Shown: positions 36,920 to 50,630 of the stretch, piece after piece
Layout: every line of letters begins with the position of its first letter
How positions within the stretch are numbered: position 1 is the stretch's first letter
Origin: Torpedo marmorata
Lineage: Eukaryota
Assembly: GCA_977017645.1 (NCBI GenBank)
Contig: OZ360220.1
Span: forward strand, 161,386,001-161,450,000
DNA length: 64,000 nucleotides
Reading direction: 5' to 3'
Position numbers and translations under genes: made by a program
The notes under the pieces: model-generated
Seen by the model: the letters and a program-made list of their open reading frames with translations, nothing else
The model's database searches: none
Told to the model about the DNA's origin: nothing

Positions 36920-38140
36920 ATTTTGTAGAGTTTTTCGAGGAGGTTACTAAGGAGGTAGATGAAGGAAAGGCTTTAGTAAAGCCTTTGACAAGGTCCCACA
37001 TGGGAGGTTAGCTCAGAAGGTTATGACACTAGGTATCCATGGAGAAGTTGTAAACTGGATTTGTAATTGGCTGTGTGGGAGAAAACAGAGAGTGGTAGTG
37101 GATGGTTGCTTCTCAGACTGGAGGCCTGTGACTAGGGGTGTGCCTCAGGGATCTGTGTTGGGACCATTGTTGTTTGTTGTATATATCAATGATGTGGATG
37201 ATAATGTGGTAAATTGGATCAGCAAATATGCTGATGACACAAACATAGGAGGCATTGTGGACAGCAAGGAAGATTTTCAAAGTTTGCAGAGGGAACTGGA
37301 ACAACTGGGAGAATGGGCCGAAAAATGGCAGATGGAGTTTAATGCAGACAAGTGTGAGGTGATGCATTTTGGAAGGGCAAACCAAGAAAGTACATACACA
37401 GTAAATGGTAGGGCACTGAGGAGTGCAGAGGAGCAGAGAGATCTGGGAATACAGATACATTGTTCCCTGAAGGTGGTGTCGCAGGTGGACAGGGTTGTAA
37501 AGAAAGCTTTCGGCATCTTAGCCTTTATAAATCAAAGTATTGAGTATAGTAGTTGGGATGTTATGTTGAAGTTGTTTAAGACATTGGTGAGGCCAAATTT
37601 GGAATAATGTGTGCAGTTCTGGTCGCCAAACTACAGGAAGGATATCAATAAGATTGAAAGAGTGCAGAGAAGATTTACTAGGATGTTGCCGGGTCTTCAG
37701 GAGTTGAGTTACAGGGAAAGATTAAACAGGTTAGGACTTTATTCCATGGAGCGAAGAAGATTGAGGGGAGATTTGATAGAGGTTTACAAAATTATGAGAG
37801 ATATAGACAGAGTGGATGCGAGTAGGCTTTTTCCACTTAGATTGGGGGAGATAAATACGAGAGGTCATAGTTTTATGATGAAAGGGGAAAGGTTTAGGGG
37901 GAACATTAGGGGAAAGTTCTTCACTCAGAGTGGTGGGAGTGTGGAATGAGCTGCCATCTGATGTGGTGAATGTGGGCTCGATCTTGTGTTTTAAGAATAA
38001 ATTGGATAGATACATGGATGGGAGAGGTCTGGAGGGTTATGGAATGGGAGCAGGTCAGTTGGACTAGCGAAATGATGGTCAGCACAGACTAGAAGGGCCG
38101 AATGGCCTGTTTTCTGTGCTGTAGCGTTCTATGGTTCTAT
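36920..38140 (+). mobile_element. Relatively young CR1 LINE, 5'-truncated
   Basis: GVPQGSVLGPLLF, KYADDT, WQMEFNADKC, QFWSP, RRLRGDLIEVYKI; tail gttctatggttctat; TA-rich flanks. Confidence 0.93.
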
Positions 38141-38210
38141 ATACACATATTATATATATATATATAAAAATGTATATATGTACATACACATTATATATAC
38201 ACATATGATA

Positions 38211-38644
38211 NNNNNNNNNNNNNNNNNNNNNNNNNNNNNNNNNNNNNNNNNNNNNNNNNNNNNNNNNNNNNNNNNNNNNNNNNNNNNNNNNNNNNNNNNN
38301 NNNNNNNNNNNNNNNNNNNNNNNNNNNNNNNNNNNNNNNNNNNNNNNNNNNNNNNNNNNNNNNNNNNNNNNNNNNNNNNNNNNNNNNNNNNNNNNNNNNN
38401 NNNNNNNNNNNNNNNNNNNNNNNNNNNNNNNNNNNNNNNNNNNNNNNNNNNNNNNNNNNNNNNNNNNNNNNNNNNNNNNNNNNNNNNNNNNNNNNNNNNN
38501 NNNNNNNNNNNNNNNNNNNNNNNNNNNNNNNNNNNNNNNNNNNNNNNNNNNNNNNNNNNNNNNNNNNNNNNNNNNNNNNNNNNNNNNNNNNNNNNNNNNN
38601 NNNNNNNNNNNNNNNNNNNNNNNNNNNNNNNNNNNNNNNNNNNN
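38211..38644. other. Assembly gap
   Basis: Run of N after a TA/CA microsatellite. Confidence 1.
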
Positions 38645-40671
38645 AATGAGAAGCTCTAAATAGAAAATTTTCTATTTAGAGTTTCGCGTTTATTTTATAT
38701 TGTTCCGCTTTGTATTTTCCGAATTTTGTATTTAATTTCAGGCCATCTGTAATTTGGAGACTTTTCAACTCACATACATCACTGCGGTCTATTTAATTTA
38801 GGCAGTTGTGTTTAGCTTTCGATCTAAGCATTGGGATTACGGGCTCCGCCCAATAGTGTTATTGTTCGTTTGTTTACGGGTTCACACCCAAGATCCGATA
38901 CGGGCCAGGGAAAGAAAGCACCAAAACGTGAGTATTACATGAAATTCAGTATAAATATTTTGGCCTTGAAGCAAACTTGAGCAGAAGAGCGACAGTCGAC
39001 AATTATGCTGCAAACAAATTTTCATTTTTAGTTGATTTAGAAGCTTCAGAGGCACAGCTACATGGAGCAGTATAAACTTTGATGAGAGTATCCAAACGAT
39101 GTTGATATTAACCTTACGGGTGAACTGAGGCACTTTCATATATATTAATGTATGTTAAAATTATTTTAAAAATTACATTTAAGTATTGTTTCCAGGCTAT
39201 ACTATATTATAATCTATGATAGAGATCAAGCCAACCAAATGATAAATATGTAATCAGTAAATGCATTCATTTGAAAATAATTTGTATTTTTCACTTTAAA
39301 TGCCTTGCTATTAAATAATTAAAGGGCACATATGTTTTCAAGTTTTGTGAGATCTTCTGGCGTAATTTTTTAACAAGGGGCCTCCAAGCTTTATATGGCT
39401 TAGGACCTTACCAAGTCTGAATCCGGCTCTGCAAATAGGAGACAATAAATGAAATCTGAATTTATTGAAAATCTGCAGGTCACCATTGATGTACCTTTTG
39501 TCATTCACTAACCTTTTCCACCTCCTTGCAGCTAGTACCACTGTGACTTTCTCCTGATCTCCACCCTAACATGGACCTTCCTTCACCTCTCTACCACTTG
39601 TTTTATTTCCACTTAACATGTTTTATTTACAACTATTCCCAGTTACACACAAACAGAAGAAACATGATTAGAAGTCCACTTGACCCTTTGTAACCGTTCC
39701 ACTATTTATCAAGATTATGGCTGAGCTTCTATCTCAATGTCACTCTCCTGCACTATCCCCATAATCCCTCAATTCCTTTCATATCCAAAACTCTATTGCT
39801 GTTTTGAATAAGCTCAATAATTGGCACAGCCCTTTTGGGTCAAGAATTCCAAACACTCCCCATCCTTTGCATGGAGAAAATTCTCATCTCAGCCCTAAGT
39901 AACTCCTCAATCAGGTAAAACATTTTGCCCAATATTTAACTCGTTAGCCCTTCAGGAGGTATGCATGTTTCTCTCTTGTTCTTCAAAGAGAATGGAGGTC
40001 TCTACACCACCAAACCAGCAGCCAGCTCACTGAATCTTCACTGCATTTGCTCTATGGAAATAACGCAGTTAAAATTTGACATGATACTCCAGGGTGTGGT
40101 CTCTTCTGGGTCCTATACAAATGCAAATAAAGATATCTTTACATCTGTACTCAAATACTCTTCCAATAAAGGCCAACATAGCAGTTTGCCTTCCTAATCA
40201 CTCTGATGAAAGATAATCGACCTGAAACATTAACTATCATTCTCTCAGTAAATGCTGTGTGACCTGCTGCACTTCTGCTTTTATTTAGAAAATGATGCAC
40301 ATGCTACACAACATTACTTATTCAAATATTGGAGCTTCACAACAGAGCAATAAAAGTTTTGCAGTATGCTTTTTTGATGATTTCAAAATTACACCATTAC
40401 TGCAGTTAACCCTTTGAGTACTACAGGAGCAGTTTAGCTCCAAAATGAATAACAAGTTTTCAACTTCTGATTTTATTCACAAAACACTGTAAATGAAGAA
40501 ATGCTGCCAAGTTCCATAGTTTCTTCTAATTCTAGCTTGTAATGCTTAGGATTTGAATGCCACAATTTTGGAGATGTTAGATGTACACATTTGGAAAGTT
40601 GTAAAAAGGGAAAAATCACTACTCAAAGGGTTAAGCCAATAAATGCATTACAAAAAAAAATAAGCGTGTAC

Positions 40672-40749
40672 CTAGGTGTGCTCTCACATGTGCCCGGAAG
40701 CAGCTGTAGTACTTGTACTTCTTCCCACAGGCACCACATATATAGGCCC
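40672..40749 (-). CDS. ZNF618: ZNF618 C2H2 finger 1 exon (GAYICGACGKKYKYYSCFRAHVRAHL)
   Basis: 78 nt, ctttgtttcag acceptor, G|gtacac donor; matches mammalian YECGICGKKYKYYNCFQTHVRAH. Confidence 0.95.
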
Positions 40750-43339
40750 CTGAAACAAAGAAGGAGTCACACTATAGACAGGGGCTTTTCACTGCTCAAA
40801 TTCAGCATTTTTTTTTTTGAAAGGCCATATCTCAAACTGTGAGAAAGGAACATCAACCACTAATTTTTCAAATACATTGTTTCTCTTAAGCCAGGTATGC
40901 TAGACTCTTATTAGAACTCTAGTCATGATTTTCTCATATCTAATATAAACAATGAAGAGAAACCAAATGTTAAACACCAGAGGAACCAAAACAGCAAGCT
41001 CTGCAGTAAAGATGTATGGCATTGAAGAAATGAGCAGGTAACTTGCAAGCAGCAGTTAGTGGGTACCCGTTTTCCCCAACCTTTCCAATATTTTAACACT
41101 TTCTCAATTCAGACAGCTAGATAATTGGATTTTAACGCCTTACTATTTATGCATGGTCCTGTCACTTGGGTTTTGATTCAATTAAAACCTAAAAGTATCA
41201 AAATCGAAACATGGTAACCTAGCTAAAAATTGGTAACTTTTTTTAATTGGCAGAACCTGGAAATTGCCAAAATGCACTGCAGATAATTCTGGAAGCATAG
41301 GATCCATTCTTAATCTGAATTGGAAAAGATGACCATTGGCATTTAAAAGGAAGCAGGTCAAAAACAAAAATAAAGTGTGCAATAAAAGGAGTTAATAGAA
41401 CAAGAAATGCAAATATGAAAAGCAGAAGCACTGCATCACAAGTCAGGAAAAGATGGGTAAATTAGAGGCTGACAGCTCAGAAGCAACACAACTTCAGTGG
41501 TAATCTATCCCCTCACCACCAGTGCTACCTTGCCCATGGACGAAGCTACTCCCTTCACAACATCAAGTACAGCTAATGCCTCAAATTAAAGCAACTAAGA
41601 ACATGAGAAAATTGCAGTGATCCAAAGAAATACATTCCTTGAGTTAGCACTGAGTTAACATCTCACGTCAATTTGAACAGAGTTTAAGCAGCAAATGACA
41701 GAGAACTTCACACTCAAGGTGACATCTTCAGAAAATAGAAATGTCCCAAGTCAGCTGTCTCATTGTACAGAATTCTATATATAAACCAGGATGGACAGAG
41801 TAATTCCTCTCATGGCCCAGAACATTCACGGTGTGGAAGGCAGAAGCCCTAAGTCTGCCACACCTTATTCTGCTTTATCCAGTAATTTAGCCATTACCTT
41901 ATTTCTCTTAAGCACAGTCCAGATACACTTTTTGTTTTGTTTTTTTGCAATCCCATCTCCCTCATCTCTCAAACTAATTCTGATATGATTCTAGTTCCTA
42001 TCCCTAGCTTTTATTACTGATGAGAGATTTCCCATAAACTGCCATTCCTTCTCCATAAATTACACTTCTGCCACACTAAATCATCGTGTTAACACGATAA
42101 ATATAAAAATTAAGTGTCAATACACAATGTGGCAATTTGAAGCTTCTACTAAATAGCAGTCATCACAAATCAATGCTAAAGAGACCTGCAAGGGTGCTGC
42201 TGTTAACATTATATTCAACTACTAAGACTTAATGGATGAATGGAACAAACCAACTTTGGTCTGGTTACCTTTCCAAAAAAAAGTTTAATCTTTTAGGAAT
42301 ATACCAGCATTTCTGCATAAAAATACAATTATTTCCTCAGTAATATTTTAAGCTTCTTTCTGATGGCAATTTGTCAGTAATGATGTAAAATTAGATACTG
42401 TTTTAGTTTTGGAGCAGGGATGTTTAGGTCACAGTACTCAGAGGGTTAACTACCCATGGTCATACCATTACCAAATTCTCTCAGACTTGTATAGCAAATA
42501 ATTATGAACTAGAAAACTATTCACACCAACATCCAGAACAAAACACAAAATTAAAACTTGTTCAACACAGCTTTGCTACATTCAAATAAAAGGTGGCTGT
42601 TGACATTGTTTTGATGTCACTTGGTGCAGAGAACATTACCTTTGTAACAACCAGGACACAGTTGAAGTAGTTTTGGAAGGAATCTAGGGCTTGACATTGC
42701 TTTCTTCTACACATGGAATAGAAGAAACTACTTATAAAACACTTACCACATCACTTCCAGTATAGAGACTTGGGTCAATAAATCAATCCATACCTGAATT
42801 CAATACCCCGTGGAGTCTTGATTTGAATAGAATGACAGAGCCGCATACTTTTCCACAATCCCTACATTAATCATGTTCTATTCTTGAACAGATCTGTGAT
42901 GCGAGGAAAGTCATTTTTGTTTTGTTTTCCATAGCTTATTGTACAATTGTAGAAGATAGCAAAATCAGCTGCCAGACTGAGAATTGAATAAATTCATCCT
43001 GTATCCTGTTTTACACTGAAATGAAGCCAACATCACCGTATAGATCAGACATTCCAATATTGTCCCGCATCCAACATCCAAACACAATGGATAACCACAA
43101 GTGACAGTACTGCTTGATTTCCAATTCCCCATCCAAGGAGGTCGAATTAAACCTATCCAAATGAAATGTTCTTATTCAATACACAGGGGTGATTGAATCA
43201 TGAATGTTCTAGGTTTGGAATGGTTCAGATATTCATTAAAATGACTCTTAAGCAGGCCCTAATAGTGCTAGATAGGCTCAAGGCTATTCAAACAGGATCT
43301 AGCATGCCTAGGCTAAGATTAATGGGGTGCCACTAAGAT

Positions 43340-44035
43340 CAGTGGAATTTATATAATAATTTGAATGAGAGGACCAAAATGTAATATAGCCAAGTTTGCT
43401 GATAATATAAAGCTAGGTAGCAGTGCAGATAGAATAAAGTGCAAAAAAAATGTGAGGTCATTTACTCTGGTGGCAAAAACTCAAGTGGTATTTTTTATTT
43501 TCAAAAGGACATAACGTTGAAAGCATGCAGGTACAGCAAGCAATGAGGAAGGCAAACCCAGACTTTGCTCCGTCACTGTAAGAGAATTTGAGTACACAAG
43601 TAAAGATACCTTTATGAAAATAACCATGGTCCTGAAAGCCTATAACTAGTCTAATCTCCCCAACCAAAAAAGGGTGCACTTGCTTTGGAGGAAGAACAAT
43701 GAAAGTTCACCCGTTGAACGCAATGTGGGGTTTTCTCTGAGGAAACATTAAGCAGACAGTCTACAGGATTTAGAAACTTGAGAGGTGATGCCATTGAAAC
43801 CAAAAATTCTTACAGGCTTAATGGTGTAAATATGAGAATGAGGCTCCCTTGGCTGGGGTTTCTAATTCCAGTGGTCACAGTCAAGTAGGGGTCAACCATT
43901 CAGGACTGAAATGAGAAATTTCTATACCAGATGGTAGTAAATCATTGGACTACTCTAGCCAAGGTGGCTGTAGAGACACATTGAGTATTCTCAAGCAAGA
44001 GGTCAATTCATTCTTGTATTTTAAGGGAATAACAG
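43340..44035 (+). mobile_element. Old degenerate CR1 LINE
   Basis: gccaagtttgctgataat (AKFAD), LRGDAIE and ggtcacagtc..aggactgaaatgagaaatttc remnants. Confidence 0.65.
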
Positions 44036-45127
44036 GTAAGAACAGTAACATGTGCTATGTATTACATGCTTAAATCCTACTTGCAGTTTACTGATCGACC
44101 TTTAATTACTCCTACTTACTTAGTGAGGCCTGCTGCTGTGGTTTCCACTCCATGTTTTCCTCTTGGTCATTCATTTGGTTTGATTTCCCAGAATGCCTGC
44201 CAATATCTGTTGGAAATAATGAAGAAATCAGTTTCCAAGATATTGTTGAAATTATGTAAAAAGGCCAGAGATAACCCTAAAGTAGTGCAAGTAACTAAAA
44301 ACATATTGGTCAGGTATCTGAGCAAATGTACATTAAGTTGATCCAAGGACACAATTTCAACCGACATTGGCTCATGAGAACCATGTATTGGAACCGGGAT
44401 TCGAGAGGGCGCTGAAGGCAAGAAGGGCTCCCGAAGCTGAAGGTTTCCTCATCGTGTTGGAGGTTTGGATCTGGCCTCGAGTTGCTGATGGTTTGAACTA
44501 AACTGGAGTCTTGTGCGGCTGCAGGAGGCGAATCCACAGACAATCGGTGACTCTGTGGGGAGTCTCTTTTGCTTCCCTTTCTCTGATTGTAAGGGGCGCC
44601 AGGCAATGTTAATGGTGGATCTTTGCCTTATGGCAGACTAAAGGCAATTTCGTGTAATATTACATTTGTTTTATTACATGACAATAAATAGTACCTAATC
44701 TACCAAGACAGATGTAGGAAATAAGTAATTTTCTGCTTTACAAGTTTATTCTGTATTTCAAAAGTCACAAAATTCTAGTAGCACTAGATATTATATTTAC
44801 AAGGCAGACTTAAGTTTCCCCCCCCACATCACTATTTTCTAGCTACTGTTCTGCTGTTGCTACTTACTATGTCATGACTATTCTCAAACTGTACGAATAT
44901 TCTGCCAGAATAGTAAGAAAATGGAATTGAGGTGAAATCCGGTTATTCTAACTTTTGCTAATAATGCAAACAAGGTGTTATTCAATTTACACTTCTCACA
45001 AGTATTATTTCCTTTCACTTAATGATGCAGTGAACACAATGATATTGATGTGTTATTTCTGTGCAGCTGCTCAAGTCTTTTTCTGAAAGAACACAGTGTG
45101 ACCTCAGAGAAGAACTTGTATTTCTGT

Positions 45128-46475
45128 GTAAAACACAAAAATCTGTAGACACCGTAGTTGAAGTAAAAAAACAAATGCTGGAGAAACTCAGCAGGTCAAA
45201 GTGTGTCTTTTATGTAGCAAAGGTAAAGATACATAACTGACGTTTCAGGCTTGAGCCCTTCATCAAAGTATGAGAAAATGCCGGCAGGCATCCGAACAAA
45301 AGAGTGAGGGGGGGAAGGGGGGGGTGGCAAAGGCAGAAGTTGATAGGTGGAGAAAGGAGGGAGGGGACAGCAGCAAAGAGGGGGAGGAGGGATGGCTGGG
45401 TGAGTGAAAAAAAACGAAGGACAGGTGAGGGGGGAGGGGAAGGAAAAAACGGGCAGGTTTAGTGGAAAGCAGAAAAGTCAATGTTAATGCCATCTGGCTG
45501 GAGAGTGATCTTCTGAAATGTCTGCCTTCTTCCACAAACGTGGCTTCCCCTCCACCACCATCAACTCAGCCCTCACCCACATCTCCTCCATTTCCCGCTC
45601 ATCTGCCCTGGCCCCCTCTGCCCCCAGACGCAACAAACAGAATCCCCCTCACCTACCACCCCATCAGCCACCGCATCCAACACATTATCCGCCGGAATTT
45701 CCGGCACTTACTGCAGGATCCCACCACCAGACACATTTTTCCTTCTCCTCCCCTCTCGGCCTTCCGCAGGGACCGCTCCCTCCGCGATTCCCTCATGCAC
45801 TCATCCCTCCCCACCCATCGCAGTCCCGGCACCTTCCCGTGCCCACAGGAGGCGCAACACCTGCGCCCACACCTCCCCCCTCACCACGGTCCGGGGCCCC
45901 AAACAGGCCTTTCAAGTGAAACTACACTTCACTTGTACATCCAGAGAACTTATTTACTGCATCCGGTGCTCCCTTTGTGGCTTTCTCTACATCGGAGAGA
46001 CCGGTCGTAGATTGGGAGATTGCTTTGCTGAGCACCTCCTCTCCGTCCGCAACAACAGCGACCTCCCAGTAGCCAACCATTTCAATTCTGAGTCACACTC
46101 CCACATTCACATGTCTGTCCATGGCCTTATGTACTATCCCACCCAGACTACCCGCAAATTGGAGGAACATCTCATTTTCCGTCTGGGCACTCTCCAGCCA
46201 GATGGCATTAACATTGACTTTTCTGCTTTCCACTAAACCTGCCCGTCTTTTCATTCCCCTCCCCTGTCCTTCCTGTTTTTTTTCCACCCACCCAGACATC
46301 CCTCCTCCCCCTCTTTGCTGCTGTCCCCTCCCTCCTTTCTCCACCTATCATCTCCTGCCTTTGCCATCCCCCTTCCCCCCCCTCACTCTTTTGTTCGGAC
46401 GCCTGCTGGCATTTTTTCATACTTTGATGAAGGGCTCAAGCCCGAAACGTCGGTTATGTATTTCTACCTTTGTAT
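45128..46475 (+). mobile_element. Penelope-like element (GIY-YIG endonuclease end) with an inverted 5' pseudo-LTR
   Basis: FTCTSRELIYCIRCSLCGFLYIGETGRRLGDCFAEHL..PVANHF..LGTLQPDGINIDF; 45215-45507 is the inverted copy of 46187-46475. Confidence 0.9.
46415..46460 (+). ncRNA. Minimal type I hammerhead ribozyme-like motif in the Penelope pLTR
   Basis: ttgatga-a-gggc tcaa gccc-gaaac-gtc; core CUGAUGA has C>U; palindromic acgt stem III. Confidence 0.6.
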
Positions 46476-46968
46476 TTCTGTGATCTTGTTCTCAGTGGTT
46501 GAAATGGGAGATTCTCTAGGTTTCAGGTTACAGTGAAACTATTTTTCAAGCAAAACCTTAAAAAAATTTAAGACATGACCAGAATCCCATTATCAATGGC
46601 TATTTGGAAATATAACCAGACTTAAAAAATAGAAAATAATGAAGACAGGAGAAGATGAGGTTGACAACTATATTAGGATCCTGCTTGCATTTGGTAGAGC
46701 ACTATTGTGTAATAAAAAAATCATCTGGGAATCAGTCAGATTCAGCTATGGCTCTTAAATTGCCCTTATGGTTAGAATGTTACTGCAAGAATTAATCAGG
46801 TAACAATGACACATCAGTACCAATAAGCTTAGGCAACCAGCTTCTCCTTATTTTGGGGTATTGATTTTCAGTGTTATCCTGAGTAAAATGAAAGAATCCC
46901 AGTCCCAGTGATGGGTCTGCTTAGCTTATGAAGCAAGCAAATAATTAAAACTTATTTGAGTACTGCTG

Positions 46969-47270
46969 ATCAGAATCAATTGTCATGAACAAGTCACGAA
47001 ATTCGGTATTTGCGGCAGCATCACAGTGCAATTAACATTCATATTATAACCATCTTACGACATTACTATAAAAAATTATAAATAATAGTGCACGAAAAGT
47101 AAGGCAGTGTCTTTGGTTCATTGGTTATTCAGGAATCTGATGGCAGCAGGGAAGAAGCTGTCCTTGTGCCGTTGAGTGCTCGTCTTTAGGCTCCTGTACC
47201 TTTTTCCTGATGGAAGCAGAGTGAAGAGGGTATGGCCTGGGTGGTGGGGGTCTTTGAGGATAGAGGCTGT
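46969..47270 (-). mobile_element. Rex1/Babar 3' end fragment
   Basis: Reverse complement of 1720-2018. Confidence 0.85.
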
Positions 47271-47771
47271 TTTTTTTTTGTTTTTTTTAAGACCACAGAA
47301 GGATAATTGGGTTTTAATCTTCTAACACAAACACCACCTTGGAGTTACTTCAAATCTCAAAAAAGATCTCAAAAGCTGGCTGCTGGGAACTTTTGCACAT
47401 CAGCACACATTTGAGCTAACAATGGGTGGGCAACTGGCAGCAGGATCTAAACGTTGTAGATTAATCAGCACAAGTCTAAAATGTGAACGCACTGACAACA
47501 CCTTCATTACCACGATATATACCATGGGAAGATGGCCCCATTAGTTCAAGTTGCAAAACTTAGCTGGTTCTTGCATTTTGCTTCTGCTTTCTGCTATTTT
47601 CATTGAAGAGTGAAATTATTTGCAATCCATTTGGACTCCTGTTTCTCTCTTCAAAAAAATAAAAAAAAATAAAAAAATTGAATAGTGTTTTGGGAGCAAA
47701 ATTTCCTTCACTCCATATTGAAAGAAAACTCCTGTTTAACTTCTTTGTGCTTTTTGACCATTAGTCTATCT

Positions 47772-48149
47772 CAGGGTTTCCCAAACTTTTTCTTTCCACT
47801 CACATACCACTTTAAGTAATCCCTATGCCATAGGTGCTCTGTGATTAGTAAGGGATTACTTAAAAGTGGTATGTGAGTGGGGAAAAAAAAGGTTGAGAAC
47901 CACTGCTGTAGACCCAATTGTTACTGAAATATTTTGGTTGAGAAAAATTATCATTGGCTCATTTCCTTTAGAGTTATGAAACCGTGCACATAACGAGTCA
48001 ATTAGGTACAATTAAAACAGTAGTTTTCAAACTTTTTCTTTCTACTCACATACCACCTTAAGCAATCCCTTACTTATCACAGAGCACTTATGGCATAGGG
48101 ATTGCTTAAGGTGGAATGTGAGTGGAAAGAAAAAGTTTGGGAAACCCTG
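47772..48149. mobile_element. hAT-Charlie-like dimeric MITE (inverted relative to 32459-32830)
   Basis: TIR cagggtttcccaaacttttt; same internal hairpins and spacer. Confidence 0.8.
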
Positions 48150-49591
48150 GATCTAATTGTAGCAATTAGAAATAATTTATTGCATTTATAAACTTTGAAA
48201 ACATGCAAACACACAAACCAGTACAATAAAACATTACTGACCCCATTTCCCATCTTATATTACCAAATATTTTTTCACTGAATTATGGAGATTCCAACAC
48301 ATTCCAGTAAAATGATAGTTATGACAATATTCCATCATTCAGGGTACTTGCAGGATTAACATTGCCTTTAGCCAATTAACCATTTTTCTCCCCAAAGAAC
48401 TAATGATCCAATATCCAACCATCCACCAGTTATTCTAGTTTGGCTTTTTCAGTGGTGACAATAAAAGGAGGCTTCAGTTTCACAAACCATCTCAGATTTA
48501 GCCTTCAATCATCTCACAACTTTGTTCAAGGTGAAGTCATGCTAACACTATGGTTAGCACGAGTGGGCCTTAAAATGTTGATTGCAATCCTTTCCTTTGC
48601 TTTTCCCAGTAGCTGCCAAGAATGTCATTTGGAAAGAATGCAAAGCAACTACCGTAGTTACTTCCAGAATGAATAGAATTTCAAAATTCTTTTAATTATC
48701 TTCAGAAGGCAGATTAATCAACTAACAGTCTAAATGGAGGTTTTGTCATTTCTGTGGGGATGGCATAATTAAAATTTAAACTTGGAACTTAATAGGATTC
48801 TATTTGCTATCAACTACAAATGGACTCAAATGATAAAGCAAAGTTACCCATTCAAAACTCAGCAGATGTAACACAATGAGAGGAAGCAAATTGATATCAT
48901 TTAAAATTCAAAATGTGAGTTGCTTTCAGGCAGAAATAAATAGGCTGAGTTTAGCAACTAAAAGCTTAAGCACATAAAAGTTAGGATTTTGCCTTGGAGT
49001 CTTTAGCCAAGAGATTAATTCCCAAGAGAGCCATGCCAGACTCAAAGGAAAATTACCACTCTTAAAAGAACCATTTCAGCAATTCTTATGGTCCGTTGCT
49101 TCTGTGCAGTGACCAAAGGCCCCAAAACAGAAAGTTACGACATGTGCAAGCATTTCAAGCCAAGGGTTAGATCTATGTCAAGAGTAAAGTTTAACCCAAA
49201 TTTGGAAAATATTGAAGGTTCAGATCAGGCTGAATATAAAGGTCTGTTGAAGCACAACTAAATGAAGGTTAGTTTATTCTCCAAGTTATAGTTTGCATCA
49301 GAACAACGTAACCTTTGTTAAATGATATCCACAATCATCAAATATATTCATTTCATTTACCAGAACTTGAGTTAATAGCCATCCATGCTTCTAATTCCAG
49401 TTGACAACTATTAAATATTCCTAACTATCCTGTAAATCAATCTGCTGCTTTCTTCCTTTAGTTAATTAAAGATCCTAACTTCCTTGTCAGTTGTTGATAG
49501 TTTTGTACCATGCATCTTTAAAAGTTTTTGAGAGAGGTCAGATTTTAATTATGTAATAATTAATTAAAATGAAGATGGTCCATCTCATGTT

Positions 49592-49796
49592 AAGTGCTGG
49601 AGAAACTCAGCAGGTCATGTGGCATCTACAAAAAGCAAAAGCCAGTCGACGTTTCGGGCCCAAGCCCTTCTTCGGAAGTGCTGAAAATCAGGCAGAATGG
49701 CGATTTTCAACACTTCTTAAGGGTTTGGGCCCGAAACGTCAACTGGCTTTTGCTTTCTTTCGATGCTGCATGACCTGCTGAGTTTCTCCAACACTT
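49592..49796. repeat. Penelope pLTR-derived ~200-bp inverted repeat
   Basis: Arms aagtgctggagaaactcagcaggtcatg...gggcccaagccctt and its reverse complement. Confidence 0.8.
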
Positions 49797-50565
49797 GTGC
49801 ACTGCACTAGACCCCAGCAACTGCAGATTTCTTGCTTACCTATCTCATCTTAGAAGGATTCTAATTGTGTAGAATTTGAAAAGGCCGAAGTTGCATTTAA
49901 CGAGCAAAAAACCATTCAAGCTTTATGTGCGGCATTCTCACAAAGTATGTTTAGACATTTAAAAGCACCTTCCACAGATATAGCCAACACTAGGCAAAAA
50001 GAATGAGCAAGTTCTTCTGCAGTATTACCCTGCCACCTTTAGAAGCCTTCTTGGTTCTGAAAAGGGAGTTTCATGTTCACCTTGAGCTCCAAAATGAGGG
50101 AATACTGCACCAACATCTTTTCGTTTATATTAAAACCTGGGCCTTTTTCCTTCTCTAGTGGTTGTAAAAACCCTGTGGAATTATTTTGAAGCATAGGATT
50201 TATCCCTGGTGTCCTGACCAATACATATCTATCATTATTAATATGTGATCAAATATTGTTTTCAGTAGCACCTTGTTACATACAAATTGTCTGCCAAATT
50301 TTCTGTTCAAAAATAATTACACTTTAAAAATAGAGTAAAATCCCCATTATCTGGCACCTGCAGGGACCGTGGATGTTGGATGTGCGAATTTTCCGGTTGA
50401 CTGAGACTCACTCTTACAATGCCTAACTGATTCACCTGTATTAAGAATACACTGTTTAAAAGACAAACAGTGCAAAATGTAATTTGAAAAAAAAAATTAG
50501 TATTGTAGTCTTTAATTATGTAAAGTTCACTTTAATCAAGTAATTCACATAACTTACAAAATTTA

Positions 50566-50630
50566 AATTCAAACCCTGGTCGCTGGCGATGTAACAGCAT
50601 TGCGCTAGCCGCTATGCTAACCGTGCTGCC
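50566..50630 (-). mobile_element. tRNA-derived SINE head fragment
   Basis: Minus strand ggcagcacggttagcatagcgg (A box) ... gggtttgaattt (B box). Confidence 0.65.

Noticed and set aside
38645-39431. Possible hAT end (…aatccggctctg) enclosing the Passer/CR1 nest
   Set aside because: No convincing partner TIR or TSD is visible because of the gaps.
42748-42862. Possible alternative exon with gtaagt/gtatgg donors between the 52468 and 40749 exons
   Set aside because: In-frame stops in phase 1 and no convincing homology.
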